Of a DNA stretch of 37,752 bases, positions 8,583-17,145 are shown piece by piece. The notes under the pieces are model-generated. The model did not search any database. It was not told the origin of the DNA and saw only the letters and a list, made by a program, of their open reading frames with translations. The stretch is from Clostridia bacterium (GTDB lineage Bacteria; Bacillota; Clostridia; Oscillospirales; CAG-272): NCBI GenBank assembly GCA_017501005.1, contig JAFVXT010000160.1, positions 1 to 37,752 of the forward strand, read 5' to 3'. Made by a program: the position numbers and the translations under genes. The first letter of the stretch is position 1. Each line of letters starts with the position of its first letter.

Positions 8583-10067
8583 TTATGCGCGGTTCTGTGC
8601 ACTCTTGCCGAGGATCTTGCGGTAGGCCGCTTCCCGGGCTTCCCAGGCGGCGGTATCCTGCGGCTCGTAGATCATGGGCTCAATCGAATTCTTGATGACC
8701 TCGCGTGCGGCTTTGACGTTTTCAATCTCACCGAGGGCAATCAGCTGCACGGCCACGTTACCCATGACGGTGGCCTCGATCGGGCCTGCGACAACCGTGA
8801 TGCCGGTTGCAGCGGCGGTCAGGCGGCAAAGCAGGGTATCCTTGATACCGCCGCCCAGCATATTGATGCAGGCGTACTTCTTGCCCGTGACCTCGGAGAG
8901 CGTCTGAATATTCATGCGGTACTTCATGGCAAGGCTTTCGTAGATACAGCGCATGACCTCACCGCGGCTTTGCGGGACGTACTGCCCCGTGACCTCGCAG
9001 AAGCGGCGCACGCGGCCGGGCAGGTCGCCCGAGGTCTCAAATTCGGGGGCGTCGCAGTCGATAAAGCATTGGAAGGGCTCGGCTTCGAGTGCTTCACGCT
9101 CAAGGTCGGCATAGCTGACCTGCTCGCCCTCGCGGATCCACTGGCGGCGGGATTCCTGAATCAGCCAAAGGCCGATGATATTCTTTAAGAAGCGCGTGGT
9201 GCCCGTGTGGCCGCCCTCGTTCGTATATTCGACCTCGTAGCTCTTTTCGGTGCGGAGCGGTGCTTGCAGCTCGGTGCCGAAGAGGCTCCACGTACCGCAG
9301 CTGATGCAGGCAAAATCGCCTTCAGCGGGGGCGGAAGCAAAGGCGGAGGCGGTATCGTGCGTGCAGACGGCGATGACGGGAATGGGATCGCAGTCAAATT
9401 CCTCGCAAAGGGCGGGGGTGAGCACGCCGTAGCTTTCGCCGGGGCGAATGATCTCGGGCAGAATGCGGGTGGGAATACCCAGCTTTTCAAGAAGCTCATA
9501 GCAGAAGGTACGCTTTTCGGGATCGAAGAAGTTCGAGGTCGAAGCGATGGTCTCCTCAGCGCGGCACGCGCCTGTGAGCATGTAGGCAATCAGGTCGGGT
9601 ATGAAGAGCATGGTTTCTGCCTGCTCGAGCAATTCGGGGCGGCGTGTTGCCAAATAATAGAGCTGATAGAGGGTATTGATACGCATGGTCTGCGTACCCG
9701 TGAGGGCATAAAGCTCGCGCTTGGGGATCTTTTCGAAGACCTCCTCGGGCATACCGACGGTGCGCTCGTCACGGTAGTTGACGGGGTTGGCAAGCAGCTC
9801 GCCGTGCTTGTTGAGCAGACCGAAGTCAACGCCCCATGTATCGATACCGATGGCATCAACGGGACCTGCCTTGACTGCCAGATTGATGGCGGTCTTGACC
9901 TCGTGGAAGAGGCGAAGGATATCCCAATACATACGATCGCCAACCTTGACGAGATCGTTTGAGAAGCGGTGGATTTCGGTGATTTTGATCTGACCGTCAA
10001 TATATTCGCCGATCATTGCGCGGCCGCTTGACGCGCCAAAATCAAATGCAAGAACCTTCTTTGCCAT
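8583..10067 (-). CDS. rhaB: Rhamnulokinase (FGGY family)
   Basis: DFGASSGR, GIDTWGVDF, HDTASA, GTWSLFG and KNIIGLWLIQE motifs; adjacent to rhaA. Confidence 0.92.
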   Translation of the reverse strand: MAKKVLAFDFGASSGRAMIGEYIDGQIKITEIHRFSNDLVKVGDRMYWDILRLFHEVKTAINLAVKAGPVDAIGIDTWGVDFGLLNKHGELLANPVNYRDERTVGMPEEVFEKIPKRELYALTGTQTMRINTLYQLYYLATRRPELLEQAETMLFIPDLIAYMLTGACRAEETIASTSNFFDPEKRTFCYELLEKLGIPTRILPEIIRPGESYGVLTPALCEEFDCDPIPVIAVCTHDTASAFASAPAEGDFACISCGTWSLFGTELQAPLRTEKSYEVEYTNEGGHTGTTRFLKNIIGLWLIQESRRQWIREGEQVSYADLEREALEAEPFQCFIDCDAPEFETSGDLPGRVRRFCEVTGQYVPQSRGEVMRCIYESLAMKYRMNIQTLSEVTGKKYACINMLGGGIKDTLLCRLTAAATGITVVAGPIEATVMGNVAVQLIALGEIENVKAAREVIKNSIEPMIYEPQDTAAWEAREAAYRKILGKSAQNRA

Positions 10068-10111
10068 GTGTGCTATCTCCTTTTCGGGAAAATACTGTAT
10101 TTGATATCTCT

Positions 10112-10140
10112 ATTATAGCAAATAAAATGCCGTTTGTAAA
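10112..10140 (-). promoter_or_regulatory. sigmaA-type promoter of rhaB
   Basis: TTTACA-17 bp-TATAAT. Confidence 0.72.
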
Positions 10141-10211
10141 GAAATTCCTGCGTTTTTTTCAAACTTTTTCACGCCTCGGGCGCATATTTTCCAAGTGATT
10201 CGAAAAAAAGA

Positions 10212-10254
10212 GCGCGAACCGTGCAAAAAACAACATTTTTTGCACGGTTCGCGC
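10212..10254. repeat. Perfect 19-bp inverted repeat with a 5-nt loop
   Basis: GCGCGAACCGTGCAAAAAA-CAACA-TTTTTTGCACGGTTCGCGC, between the divergent rhaB and dapF-like genes. Confidence 0.9.
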
Positions 10255-10294
10255 ATAGAATGGTGAAAAAGAAATCGAAAAAAGGAGGCAGGCC

Positions 10295-11149
10295 ATGCAA
10301 GTGCCCTTCACCGCCATGCAAACGCTTTCCCGCCATTTTCTGCTCGCACCGATGGGTGAAGAGGCGCGCGGGCCATTGGCACTCCGTCTGCTCGGACGGC
10401 AGAGCGGCGTGCGTGCCGAGGGGCTTGTCCTTTACGAATGCGAGAGGCTTGCCGACGGCACGTGTCTTTTCGGCGCGGAGGAATACACGGCGTTCGGTGA
10501 GCGCGTGCCCCTTTCGGCCGACGGTGCACGCACGCTCGGCGCGCATTTGCAGGGCCGTGAGGAAACGCAAGCCAAAACCGTGCGCATTCTGTCAAGCGGC
10601 GAGATCAAAAGCGTGAGTCTGCAAAATGAAGCGGACGGCTCGCTTCATTTTGCGGTCAGGCTGCCGCCGTCTCTCTTTGATCCCGATCACGTGGGACTGA
10701 CTGCCACATCCCCCTTGCTCGGGCAAAAGATCCCCTTGGGTACGGCCTCACTTCCCTTCTATGCGCTTGCGCTCGGCGCGCGCTCCTTTGCCGTCTGCTT
10801 TCGGTTCGGCACGTCGCTTGCCGAGCTGCGCCCCGCTTCAATTGCCCTGCCCCTTTCTGTCAAGCGGCTCTTTTCCCGCCCCTTTGAGGCCGTCTTTGCC
10901 GAGATTGTGGGGGAGGACGCGCTTTCGGTGCGCATCTTCGAGCCATCGCTCGGTGAGCTTGACGCGTCAAGCGAGGGAGCGGCCGCCGCCGTTTCGGTGG
11001 CGCACCTGCTGGGGCTTTTGCCTGTCGCATGCGCATTGCGCGTCAAGATGCGGGGCGGCACGCTTTTCGTCCGTGCCGACTATCTCGGTGCGCCAATCTC
11101 GGTTGCAGCCGAAGTGCAGCACTGCTTTGACGGCAGAACGGAGATCTGA
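10295..11149 (+). CDS. Diaminopimelate epimerase (DapF)-fold protein, predicted catalytically inactive
   Basis: Collinear with DapF over its full length (PFTAMQTL at the N-terminus, GV.AEGL, RIFE..GE.DA..GAAAAV, V.MRGG.L, FDG..EI). Both catalytic Cys positions are Ser. AAGGAGG RBS. Confidence 0.75.
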   Translation: MQVPFTAMQTLSRHFLLAPMGEEARGPLALRLLGRQSGVRAEGLVLYECERLADGTCLFGAEEYTAFGERVPLSADGARTLGAHLQGREETQAKTVRILSSGEIKSVSLQNEADGSLHFAVRLPPSLFDPDHVGLTATSPLLGQKIPLGTASLPFYALALGARSFAVCFRFGTSLAELRPASIALPLSVKRLFSRPFEAVFAEIVGEDALSVRIFEPSLGELDASSEGAAAAVSVAHLLGLLPVACALRVKMRGGTLFVRADYLGAPISVAAEVQHCFDGRTEI

Positions 11150-11275
11150 AAGGTCACGTTTTCTTTTTCATGGAATTTTTCCGTTTTGCGTTTGTCATGA
11201 GCTGTTGCTCACGGCAGAATTCTATCAATATGATAAGGGCAAGCGCAGCATTTGTTCATGCACGCTTGCCCTTGA

Positions 11276-11305
11276 CACGGAAGGCGCATCTTCCGTGCTT
11301 TTTTT
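11276..11305 (+). terminator. Rho-independent terminator in the convergent gap
   Basis: CACGGAAG-GCGCAT-CTTCCGTG followed by CTTTTTTT. Confidence 0.7.
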
Positions 11306-11999
11306 AATAATCGGTGGGAAGTCCTGCGGCGAAGAGGTGCGAATCGCCCGAATGCTGCAAAACCCGAGGATAGACGATTTTCTTATCAACGTCGAATTGA
11401 ATGGCGGTCACGCCTGTGTGACCGATTGTAAAGCGCGTGCTGTAAAGCGGATAGGGGATATCGAGCACGTTGCTCAAAAAGAGGTTGCCGAAGCCCGCGT
11501 GCGCGAAGAGCGCCACGCACTTTTCGCTCGGATTGATCGCCTCGTAGCCGTTAAGCTCGGGGCGGTGGCGGTAGCCGAGGGATTCGAAGAAGGCATCGGT
11601 CTCACGCGCGACGCGCTGATAGCCCTTTTTATAATTTCTGCCTGCAAAGGCGGGGTGGTCGTACCAATCGCGGTCAAGCGCGCGAACCTCGGGCGAATTG
11701 AAGAGACTGGCGGTTTCCTCATCGTCAAAGCACCATCTGCTCTTGCCGTTGTTCTCGTGAAAAAAATCCTTCGCAGCAAGATCCTCATGGCACCAATCGA
11801 GCTTGATGATCGGCAACCCGAGCATTTCGGCGGTGGGGGTGGCGGTCATGATGGCGCGCGTGGACGAGGAGGCATAGATTTCGTCAATGCCCGCGAGCTT
11901 CAGGCGGTGCTTGAGTGCCTCTGCCTGCTTGTGACCGAGCTCGGTCAGGGAGTCGGGCGAATAGATGGGATTGCCGTGGCGAATGTATAAGAATAGCAT
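11304..11999 (-). CDS. Histidine phosphatase (phosphoglycerate mutase-like) family protein
   Basis: YIRHG, LTELGHKQA, SSSTRAIMTA and LFAHAGF motifs. Start moved to ATG 11999 after AGGAG. Confidence 0.88.
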   Translation of the reverse strand: MLFLYIRHGNPIYSPDSLTELGHKQAEALKHRLKLAGIDEIYASSSTRAIMTATPTAEMLGLPIIKLDWCHEDLAAKDFFHENNGKSRWCFDDEETASLFNSPEVRALDRDWYDHPAFAGRNYKKGYQRVARETDAFFESLGYRHRPELNGYEAINPSEKCVALFAHAGFGNLFLSNVLDIPYPLYSTRFTIGHTGVTAIQFDVDKKIVYPRVLQHSGDSHLFAAGLPTDY

Positions 12000-12032
12000 G
12001 AGTGGTTCTCCTGTCGTACAAAAAGACTTGTC

Positions 12033-12069
12033 AAAGCAGAACAGAGGCACCATTTTCATAGTGCCTCTG
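12033..12069 (-). terminator. Terminator of the ribosomal protein superoperon, after rplQ
   Basis: CAGAGGCACUAU-GAAA-AUGGUGCCUCUG followed by UUCUGCUUU. Confidence 0.7.
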
Positions 12070-12079
12070 CGGTTGGGTT

Positions 12080-12448
12080 TTATTCTGCCTTACCGTCAGC
12101 ATCAACCTTGACGAGTCTGATCAATGCCATTTCTGCGGCGTCGCCGCGACGGGGACCGAGCTTATAAATTTGTGTGTAACCGCCATCTACGTTCTCATAA
12201 GACGGAGCGATCTGATCGAATACCTTCTTCGCAACACTTTCCTTCGTGATATATGCGAGCGCTTCACGGTAGGAAGCGAGGGTGTTCTTCTTGCCGAGGG
12301 TGATCATCTTTTCGGCAATGGAGCGAACTTCCTTTGCTCTTGTGAGCGTGGTTTCGATCTCACCGTTTTCGAGAAGGTAGGTAACCAAGCCTCTCAACAT
12401 GGCCTTTCTGTGAGCGGTAGTTCTGCCGAGTTTTCTGTTTCCGGCCAT
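12080..12448 (-). CDS. rplQ: 50S ribosomal protein L17
   Basis: [15 protein letters not shown] and [11 protein letters not shown] motifs. Confidence 0.98.
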   Translation of the reverse strand: MAGNRKLGRTTAHRKAMLRGLVTYLLENGEIETTLTRAKEVRSIAEKMITLGKKNTLASYREALAYITKESVAKKVFDQIAPSYENVDGGYTQIYKLGPRRGDAAEMALIRLVKVDADGKAE

Positions 12449-12473
12449 TTTCTTTACCTCCTAATCAAGTATC

Positions 12474-13460
12474 TCACTCTTCAACTTGCTTGAGCGCAAG
12501 GCCGAGCGAGTGCAGCTTCTGAATAACTTCTTCGAGCGATTTTCTGCCGAGGTTTCTGACTTTGATCATGTCATCCTCGGTACGGCTGACAAGATCGCCA
12601 ACCGTATCAATGCTTGCGCGCTTCAAGCAGTTGAAGGAGCGCACAGACAAGTCAAGGTCCTCAATGGTCATCTCAAGGATCTTATCCCGCTTACATTCGG
12701 GAGGCTCAACTGTCGTTGTCAAATTCTTCGCTTCATCGGACATATCCACGAAGAGTGTGAAATGGTCATTGAGAATCTTGGCAGCAAGAGAAACCGCTTC
12801 TTTGGCTGCGATGGTGCCGTTTGTGACAACGTGCATCGTCAGCTTATCGTAGTCTGTAATATTGCCGACACGGGTATTTTCCACTCTGTATTCAGCCTTG
12901 TAGACAGGGCCGAAGATCGAGTCAACGAAAATAAGACCGATCGGTGCGCCGAAATTGGAATCGAGGTTCGCGAGATAATTCTGCTTATTCTTCTCCTGCG
13001 GCACGTATCCGCGGCCGGAATTGATGGTCAATTCCATGAAGAAGTGAGCGTCTGCGCTGACCGTGCAGATGTGGTGGTCGGGATTGAGAATCTCAACGTC
13101 CGCATCGGTGGCAATAGAGCCGGCGGTGACAACGCAAGGACCGACAGCGTCAATGATGACGGTCTTCGGGCCGGGCACGTTCAGCTTGGGAACGATGCCT
13201 TTAACGTTCAGAATAATTTCGGGAACGTCTTCTTTCACTCCCTCAACGGTGGAGATCTCATGGAGAACACCGTCGATTTTCACGCTGGTGACAGCGAAGC
13301 CGGGAAGAGAGCTCATCAACATTCTGCGCAAAGAGTTGCCGAGCGTGATACCGTAGCCTCTTTCAAGAGGCTCGATGACGAACTCACTGTCGCTGCCCGT
13401 ATCGTTGAGGTCATTGACTGTGATGTTCGGCTTTTCAATCGGCTGATCAAACGTTAACAT
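12474..13460 (-). CDS. rpoA: RNA polymerase alpha subunit
   Basis: [17 protein letters not shown] and [14 protein letters not shown] motifs. Start moved to ATG 13460, 8 nt after AGGAGG. Confidence 0.98.
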   Translation of the reverse strand: MLTFDQPIEKPNITVNDLNDTGSDSEFVIEPLERGYGITLGNSLRRMLMSSLPGFAVTSVKIDGVLHEISTVEGVKEDVPEIILNVKGIVPKLNVPGPKTVIIDAVGPCVVTAGSIATDADVEILNPDHHICTVSADAHFFMELTINSGRGYVPQEKNKQNYLANLDSNFGAPIGLIFVDSIFGPVYKAEYRVENTRVGNITDYDKLTMHVVTNGTIAAKEAVSLAAKILNDHFTLFVDMSDEAKNLTTTVEPPECKRDKILEMTIEDLDLSVRSFNCLKRASIDTVGDLVSRTEDDMIKVRNLGRKSLEEVIQKLHSLGLALKQVEE

Positions 13461-13598
13461 GTGCAAATCCTCCTAAAATCAATTTAACAGTACGCGTACA
13501 TTCCATAGGGAAATTGGCAATTAGCCAAATTGCCGATCTGTCCAAGGTGAAGCATAGAAGCGATCCAACCTCGGACAAGACCGAATCGGAGGGGGATA

Positions 13599-14222
13599 TT
13601 ACTTGGAATAAAGCTCGACGATCAGACGTTCGTTGAACGGGAAGTCGATATCCTCGCGCATAGGCATAGCCACGATCTTGCAGGTCGTGTTCTGTGCGTC
13701 TGCATCAAGCCACTTCGGCTTCACTCTGTCGCCCATTGCTTCGGCCAAAGCCTTCAGCTTTGCACCGTCGCGGCGGCTTTCCTTCACTGCGATCACGTCT
13801 CCGACCTTCACGAGCAAGGAAGGAATGTTGACCTTCTTACCGTTCAGGGTGAAATGGCCGTGGAGAACGAGCTGACGAGCTTCCTTGCGGCTCTCTGCCA
13901 TACCCATTCTGTAGATGACGTTGTCAAGGCGGCGCTCAAGGAGGATGAGCAGGTTTTCACCGGTCATGCCCTCTTTCTTTTCAGCCATTTCGTAATACTT
14001 TTCGAACTGGCTTTCAAGAACGCCGTAGTAACGTCTTGCCTTCTGCTTCTCACGAAGCTGCATGCCATACTCTTCGATCTTCTTGCGGGCAGCGCCATGC
14101 TGACCGGGCGCATTGCTTCTGCGCTCCAGAGTACACTTGTTCGTGCAACGGTCTCCCTTCAGATAAAGCTTTTCGCCTTCTCTGCGGCAGAGCTTGCAAC
14201 TGGGTCCTGTATATCTTGCCAT
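13599..14222 (-). CDS. rpsD: 30S ribosomal protein S4 (Zn-binding C+ form)
   Basis: [23 protein letters not shown] and LERRLDN motifs. Confidence 0.98.
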   Translation of the reverse strand: MARYTGPSCKLCRREGEKLYLKGDRCTNKCTLERRSNAPGQHGAARKKIEEYGMQLREKQKARRYYGVLESQFEKYYEMAEKKEGMTGENLLILLERRLDNVIYRMGMAESRKEARQLVLHGHFTLNGKKVNIPSLLVKVGDVIAVKESRRDGAKLKALAEAMGDRVKPKWLDADAQNTTCKIVAMPMREDIDFPFNERLIVELYSK

Positions 14223-14243
14223 AGTTTTGTACCTTCCTTTCGA

Positions 14244-14642
14244 TTACACGCGGCGACGCTTCGGAGGGCGGCAACCGTTGTGAGGAATCGGGGTGACATC
14301 TTTGATGAGGGTGATGTCGAGACCTGCGGTCTGAAGTGCGCGAATGGCAGCTTCACGTCCCGATCCGGGGCCGCGGACATACACTTCAACAGTCTTCATG
14401 CCATGCTCCATTGCTGCCTTTGCAGCTGCTTCAGCAGCGGTCTGTGCAGCGAAGGGAGTGGACTTTCTGGAGCCCTTGAAGCCCTGGCCGCCCGAGGTTG
14501 CCCACGAAATTGCGTTACCTGCAACGTCGGTGATGGTGACGATCGTGTTGTTGAAAGTGGAACGAATATGTGCCGCACCTTTTTCAATGTTCTTGCGTTC
14601 GCGGCGCTTCTTGACGACTTTTTTAACTGCAGCCTTAGCCAT
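14244..14642 (-). CDS. rpsK: 30S ribosomal protein S11
   Basis: [16 protein letters not shown] and [13 protein letters not shown] motifs. Confidence 0.98.
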   Translation of the reverse strand: MAKAAVKKVVKKRRERKNIEKGAAHIRSTFNNTIVTITDVAGNAISWATSGGQGFKGSRKSTPFAAQTAAEAAAKAAMEHGMKTVEVYVRGPGSGREAAIRALQTAGLDITLIKDVTPIPHNGCRPPKRRRV

Positions 14643-14655
14643 TTGTTCTCACTCC

Positions 14656-15024
14656 TTACTTCTTCTTGTTAGCGATGGTCTTTGCGGGACCTTTTCTCGT
14701 TCTCGCGTTGGTCTTGGTTCTCTGACCGCGTACGGGCAGACCTTTTCTGTGTCTGATACCGCGGTAGCAGTTGATTTCGACCATGTTCTTGATGTTCATA
14801 GCAACCTCACGGCGAAGGTCACCTTCTACGTGATAGTTGGTTTCGATCTCTTCACGGAGCTTTGCGTTATCGCCCTCGGTGAGATCCTTTGCACGGGTAT
14901 CGGGATCGATGCCTGTCTTTGCAAGAATGTCCTTGGCGCTCTTCGGACCGATGCCGTAAATATAGGTGAGCGCGATTTCCACGCGCTTGTGGTTGGGAAT
15001 ATCAACACCAGCAATACGTGCCAT
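14656..15024 (-). CDS. rpsM: 30S ribosomal protein S13
   Basis: [10 protein letters not shown] and [18 protein letters not shown] motifs. Confidence 0.98.
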   Translation of the reverse strand: MARIAGVDIPNHKRVEIALTYIYGIGPKSAKDILAKTGIDPDTRAKDLTEGDNAKLREEIETNYHVEGDLRREVAMNIKNMVEINCYRGIRHRKGLPVRGQRTKTNARTRKGPAKTIANKKK

Positions 15025-15058
15025 AAGATATTACTCTCCTTCTATTTTGATCGTGGAA

Positions 15059-15172
15059 TCAGCCCTGCTTCTGCTTATGCTTGGGGTTCTCGCAGATAAC
15101 CATGACTTTTCCTTTTCTTTTGATGATCTTGCACTTATCGCAGATCTTTTTGACGGAAGGTTTTACTTTCAC
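15059..15172 (-). CDS. rpmJ: 50S ribosomal protein L36
   Basis: Not in the ORF track. GTG start after AAAGGA; [37 protein letters not shown]. Confidence 0.97.
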   Translation of the reverse strand: MKVKPSVKKICDKCKIIKRKGKVMVICENPKHKQKQG

Positions 15173-15197
15173 TTTTGAATACCGTTCCTTTCTCGGT

Positions 15198-15419
15198 TTA
15201 TTTTTTCCGCCAGGTGATACGTCCTTTGGTCAGGTCGTAGATCGAGACCTCAACCGTTACCGTGTCACCGGGAAGAATCTTGATATAGTTCATACGCAGC
15301 TTCCCCGAGATGTGTGCGGTCACGATGTGGCCGTTCGGGAGCTGCACCTTGAAGGTTGCGTTCGGCAGTGCTTCCACCACCACGCCGTCTTCAAATTCAA
15401 TCAAATCGTCCTTAGCCAG
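15198..15419 (-). CDS. infA: Translation initiation factor IF-1, probable CTG start
   Basis: (M)[20 protein letters not shown]...[20 protein letters not shown] lies 7 nt before the CTG at 15419. Confidence 0.95.
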   Translation of the reverse strand: MAKDDLIEFEDGVVVEALPNATFKVQLPNGHIVTAHISGKLRMNYIKILPGDTVTVEVSIYDLTKGRITWRKK

Positions 15420-15432
15420 AATAATCCCTCCT

Positions 15433-15729
15433 CTACCGTAAGTTAGAACTTAAAGGTGCAAGCGCTTCGCGCAGCATACGGTTTGTGATCCTGCCGCTTC
15501 GGCAGGCCTCACACACCTCGCTCGGTGCGCGGTCAACAATCTTGACGTGCTTGCTTTTTTTCTTCTTCGGATGTTGGATTTGCCGTAACTTGCCGTCAGC
15601 GACGTATACATATCCGTTCACCTCGTCAAGTGAAACGATCACAAAAAGACGTTTGCGATCGCGTCCTGCGAGGGACAGCACGATACTGCCAACCCAAGTG
15701 TCGGGAGCTGTATCAACCTTCGGTGTCAT
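15433..15729 (-). CDS. KOW-domain RNA-binding protein (L14e-like)
   Basis: [16 protein letters not shown] and PKKKKSKH motifs; usual position between map and infA in Bacillota. Confidence 0.85.
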   Translation of the reverse strand: MTPKVDTAPDTWVGSIVLSLAGRDRKRLFVIVSLDEVNGYVYVADGKLRQIQHPKKKKSKHVKIVDRAPSEVCEACRSGRITNRMLREALAPLSSNLR

Positions 15730-15741
15730 CGCCCGACCTCC

Positions 15742-16494
15742 TCATCGCGCCGCCGTGAGAACGTAAGGGCCGTCGTTTGTGATGGCGACCGTATTCTCAT
15801 AGTGTGCCGAAAGGGAGCCGTCAGCGGTAACCACTGTCCAGTTGTCCTTCAAAACCCTGACCTCATAGGTGCCGATATTGATCATCGGCTCAATGGCCAG
15901 AGTCATGCCGGGATACAAGCGTATGCCGTGTCCCGCTCGACCGAAGTTCGGAACTTCGGGATCTTCATGCAACTGCATGCCGATTCCGTGCCCTACGTAT
16001 TTGCGAACAACACCGTAGCCCGCGTCCTCCGCCGTCTTCTGTGCGGCAGCGGAAATATCGCCGATACGGTTGCCGGGGAGCGCCACTTTGAGTGCCGCTT
16101 CAAAGCAAGCCTTCGTGACGGCGATCAGGCGGGCGGCTTCCCCGCTGACCGTCCCACAAGCAAAGGTCCGTGCGCTGTCTCCGTGGAAACCGCGGTAGAA
16201 TGCGCCGACGTCAACCTTGACGAGGTCGCCTTCCTCAATGAACCTTTTGGGGGACGGAATTCCGTGAATCACTTCCTGATTCAAGCTGATGCACGCACTG
16301 CCGGGAAAGCCGCCGTACCCGAGAAAGGACGGACGCGCGCCGCATTTTTCAATGTGTGCGCGGATCTTGCGGTCAAGCTCGGCTGTGGAGATGCCTGCGC
16401 GGACGTTTTCCTCGGCAACGAGGAGTGCCTCGGCCGTGATACGTCCCGCTTCTTTCATCAATGCCAACTGTTCGGAATTTTTCAGCGAGATCAT
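15742..16494 (-). CDS. map: Type I methionine aminopeptidase
   Basis: VIHGIP, DVGA...GDSART, GHGIG..LHEDP, AIEPM and AHYENT motifs. Start is ATG 16494 (or TTG 16500). Confidence 0.97.
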   Translation of the reverse strand: MISLKNSEQLALMKEAGRITAEALLVAEENVRAGISTAELDRKIRAHIEKCGARPSFLGYGGFPGSACISLNQEVIHGIPSPKRFIEEGDLVKVDVGAFYRGFHGDSARTFACGTVSGEAARLIAVTKACFEAALKVALPGNRIGDISAAAQKTAEDAGYGVVRKYVGHGIGMQLHEDPEVPNFGRAGHGIRLYPGMTLAIEPMINIGTYEVRVLKDNWTVVTADGSLSAHYENTVAITNDGPYVLTAAR

Positions 16495-16496
16495 AG

Positions 16497-17126
16497 TCAA
16501 ATACCCAGAGCAGCACGAACCAGTGCTGTTGTATCCTCCACTTTTTCCTGCCCTTCAACGATCTTCAGAATGCCTTTGGCCTCATAGAAGCTCTTCAGGG
16601 GCTCGGTGGTTTCGTGGTAGACTTTCAAACGACTTCTGACGACCTCCGGTGCATCGTCACGGCGGATGGTCAGCTCTTTACCGCATTTATCGCAGTGCTT
16701 TCCGTCTGCCGAGGGTTTGTACGCCGTATGGTAGGAGGCACCGCATTCGCAGACACGGCGGCCGCTCATGCGCTCAACGATTGCTTCGTCCGAGACCTCG
16801 ATACTGAGTACGACGTCAATTTTGATGCCCATACGGTCGAGTGCCTCTGCCTGAGGCACGGTACGGGGGAAGCCGTCGAGAATGTAGCCGTTTTCGCAAT
16901 CACTCTGCGCGAGACGCTCCTGAATGATGCCGATGACCACATCGTCGGGAACGAGGTTACCTGCATCGGTATAGGCCTTGGCGGCCATACCCATTTCGGT
17001 ACCCGTTCTGATGGCTTCTCTGATAATGGCGCCGGTGGAAATGGTGGGAATGCTTGCGCGCTCAGCCACCAATTCCGCCTGTGTTCCCTTTCCTGCGCCG
17101 GGAGCTCCCAAAAAGATAATCTTCAT
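16497..17126 (-). CDS. adk: Adenylate kinase with Zn-binding lid
   Basis: GAPGAGKGTQA and LDGFPRT motifs; lid CEC...CDKC. Confidence 0.98.
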   Translation of the reverse strand: MKIIFLGAPGAGKGTQAELVAERASIPTISTGAIIREAIRTGTEMGMAAKAYTDAGNLVPDDVVIGIIQERLAQSDCENGYILDGFPRTVPQAEALDRMGIKIDVVLSIEVSDEAIVERMSGRRVCECGASYHTAYKPSADGKHCDKCGKELTIRRDDAPEVVRSRLKVYHETTEPLKSFYEAKGILKIVEGQEKVEDTTALVRAALGI

Positions 17127-17145
17127 GGTTCTCTACCCCCGCATC

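Noticed and set aside
10761-11990. 409-aa plus-strand ORF
   Set aside because: It is out of frame with the dapF-like gene, crosses a terminator and runs antisense to the phosphatase.
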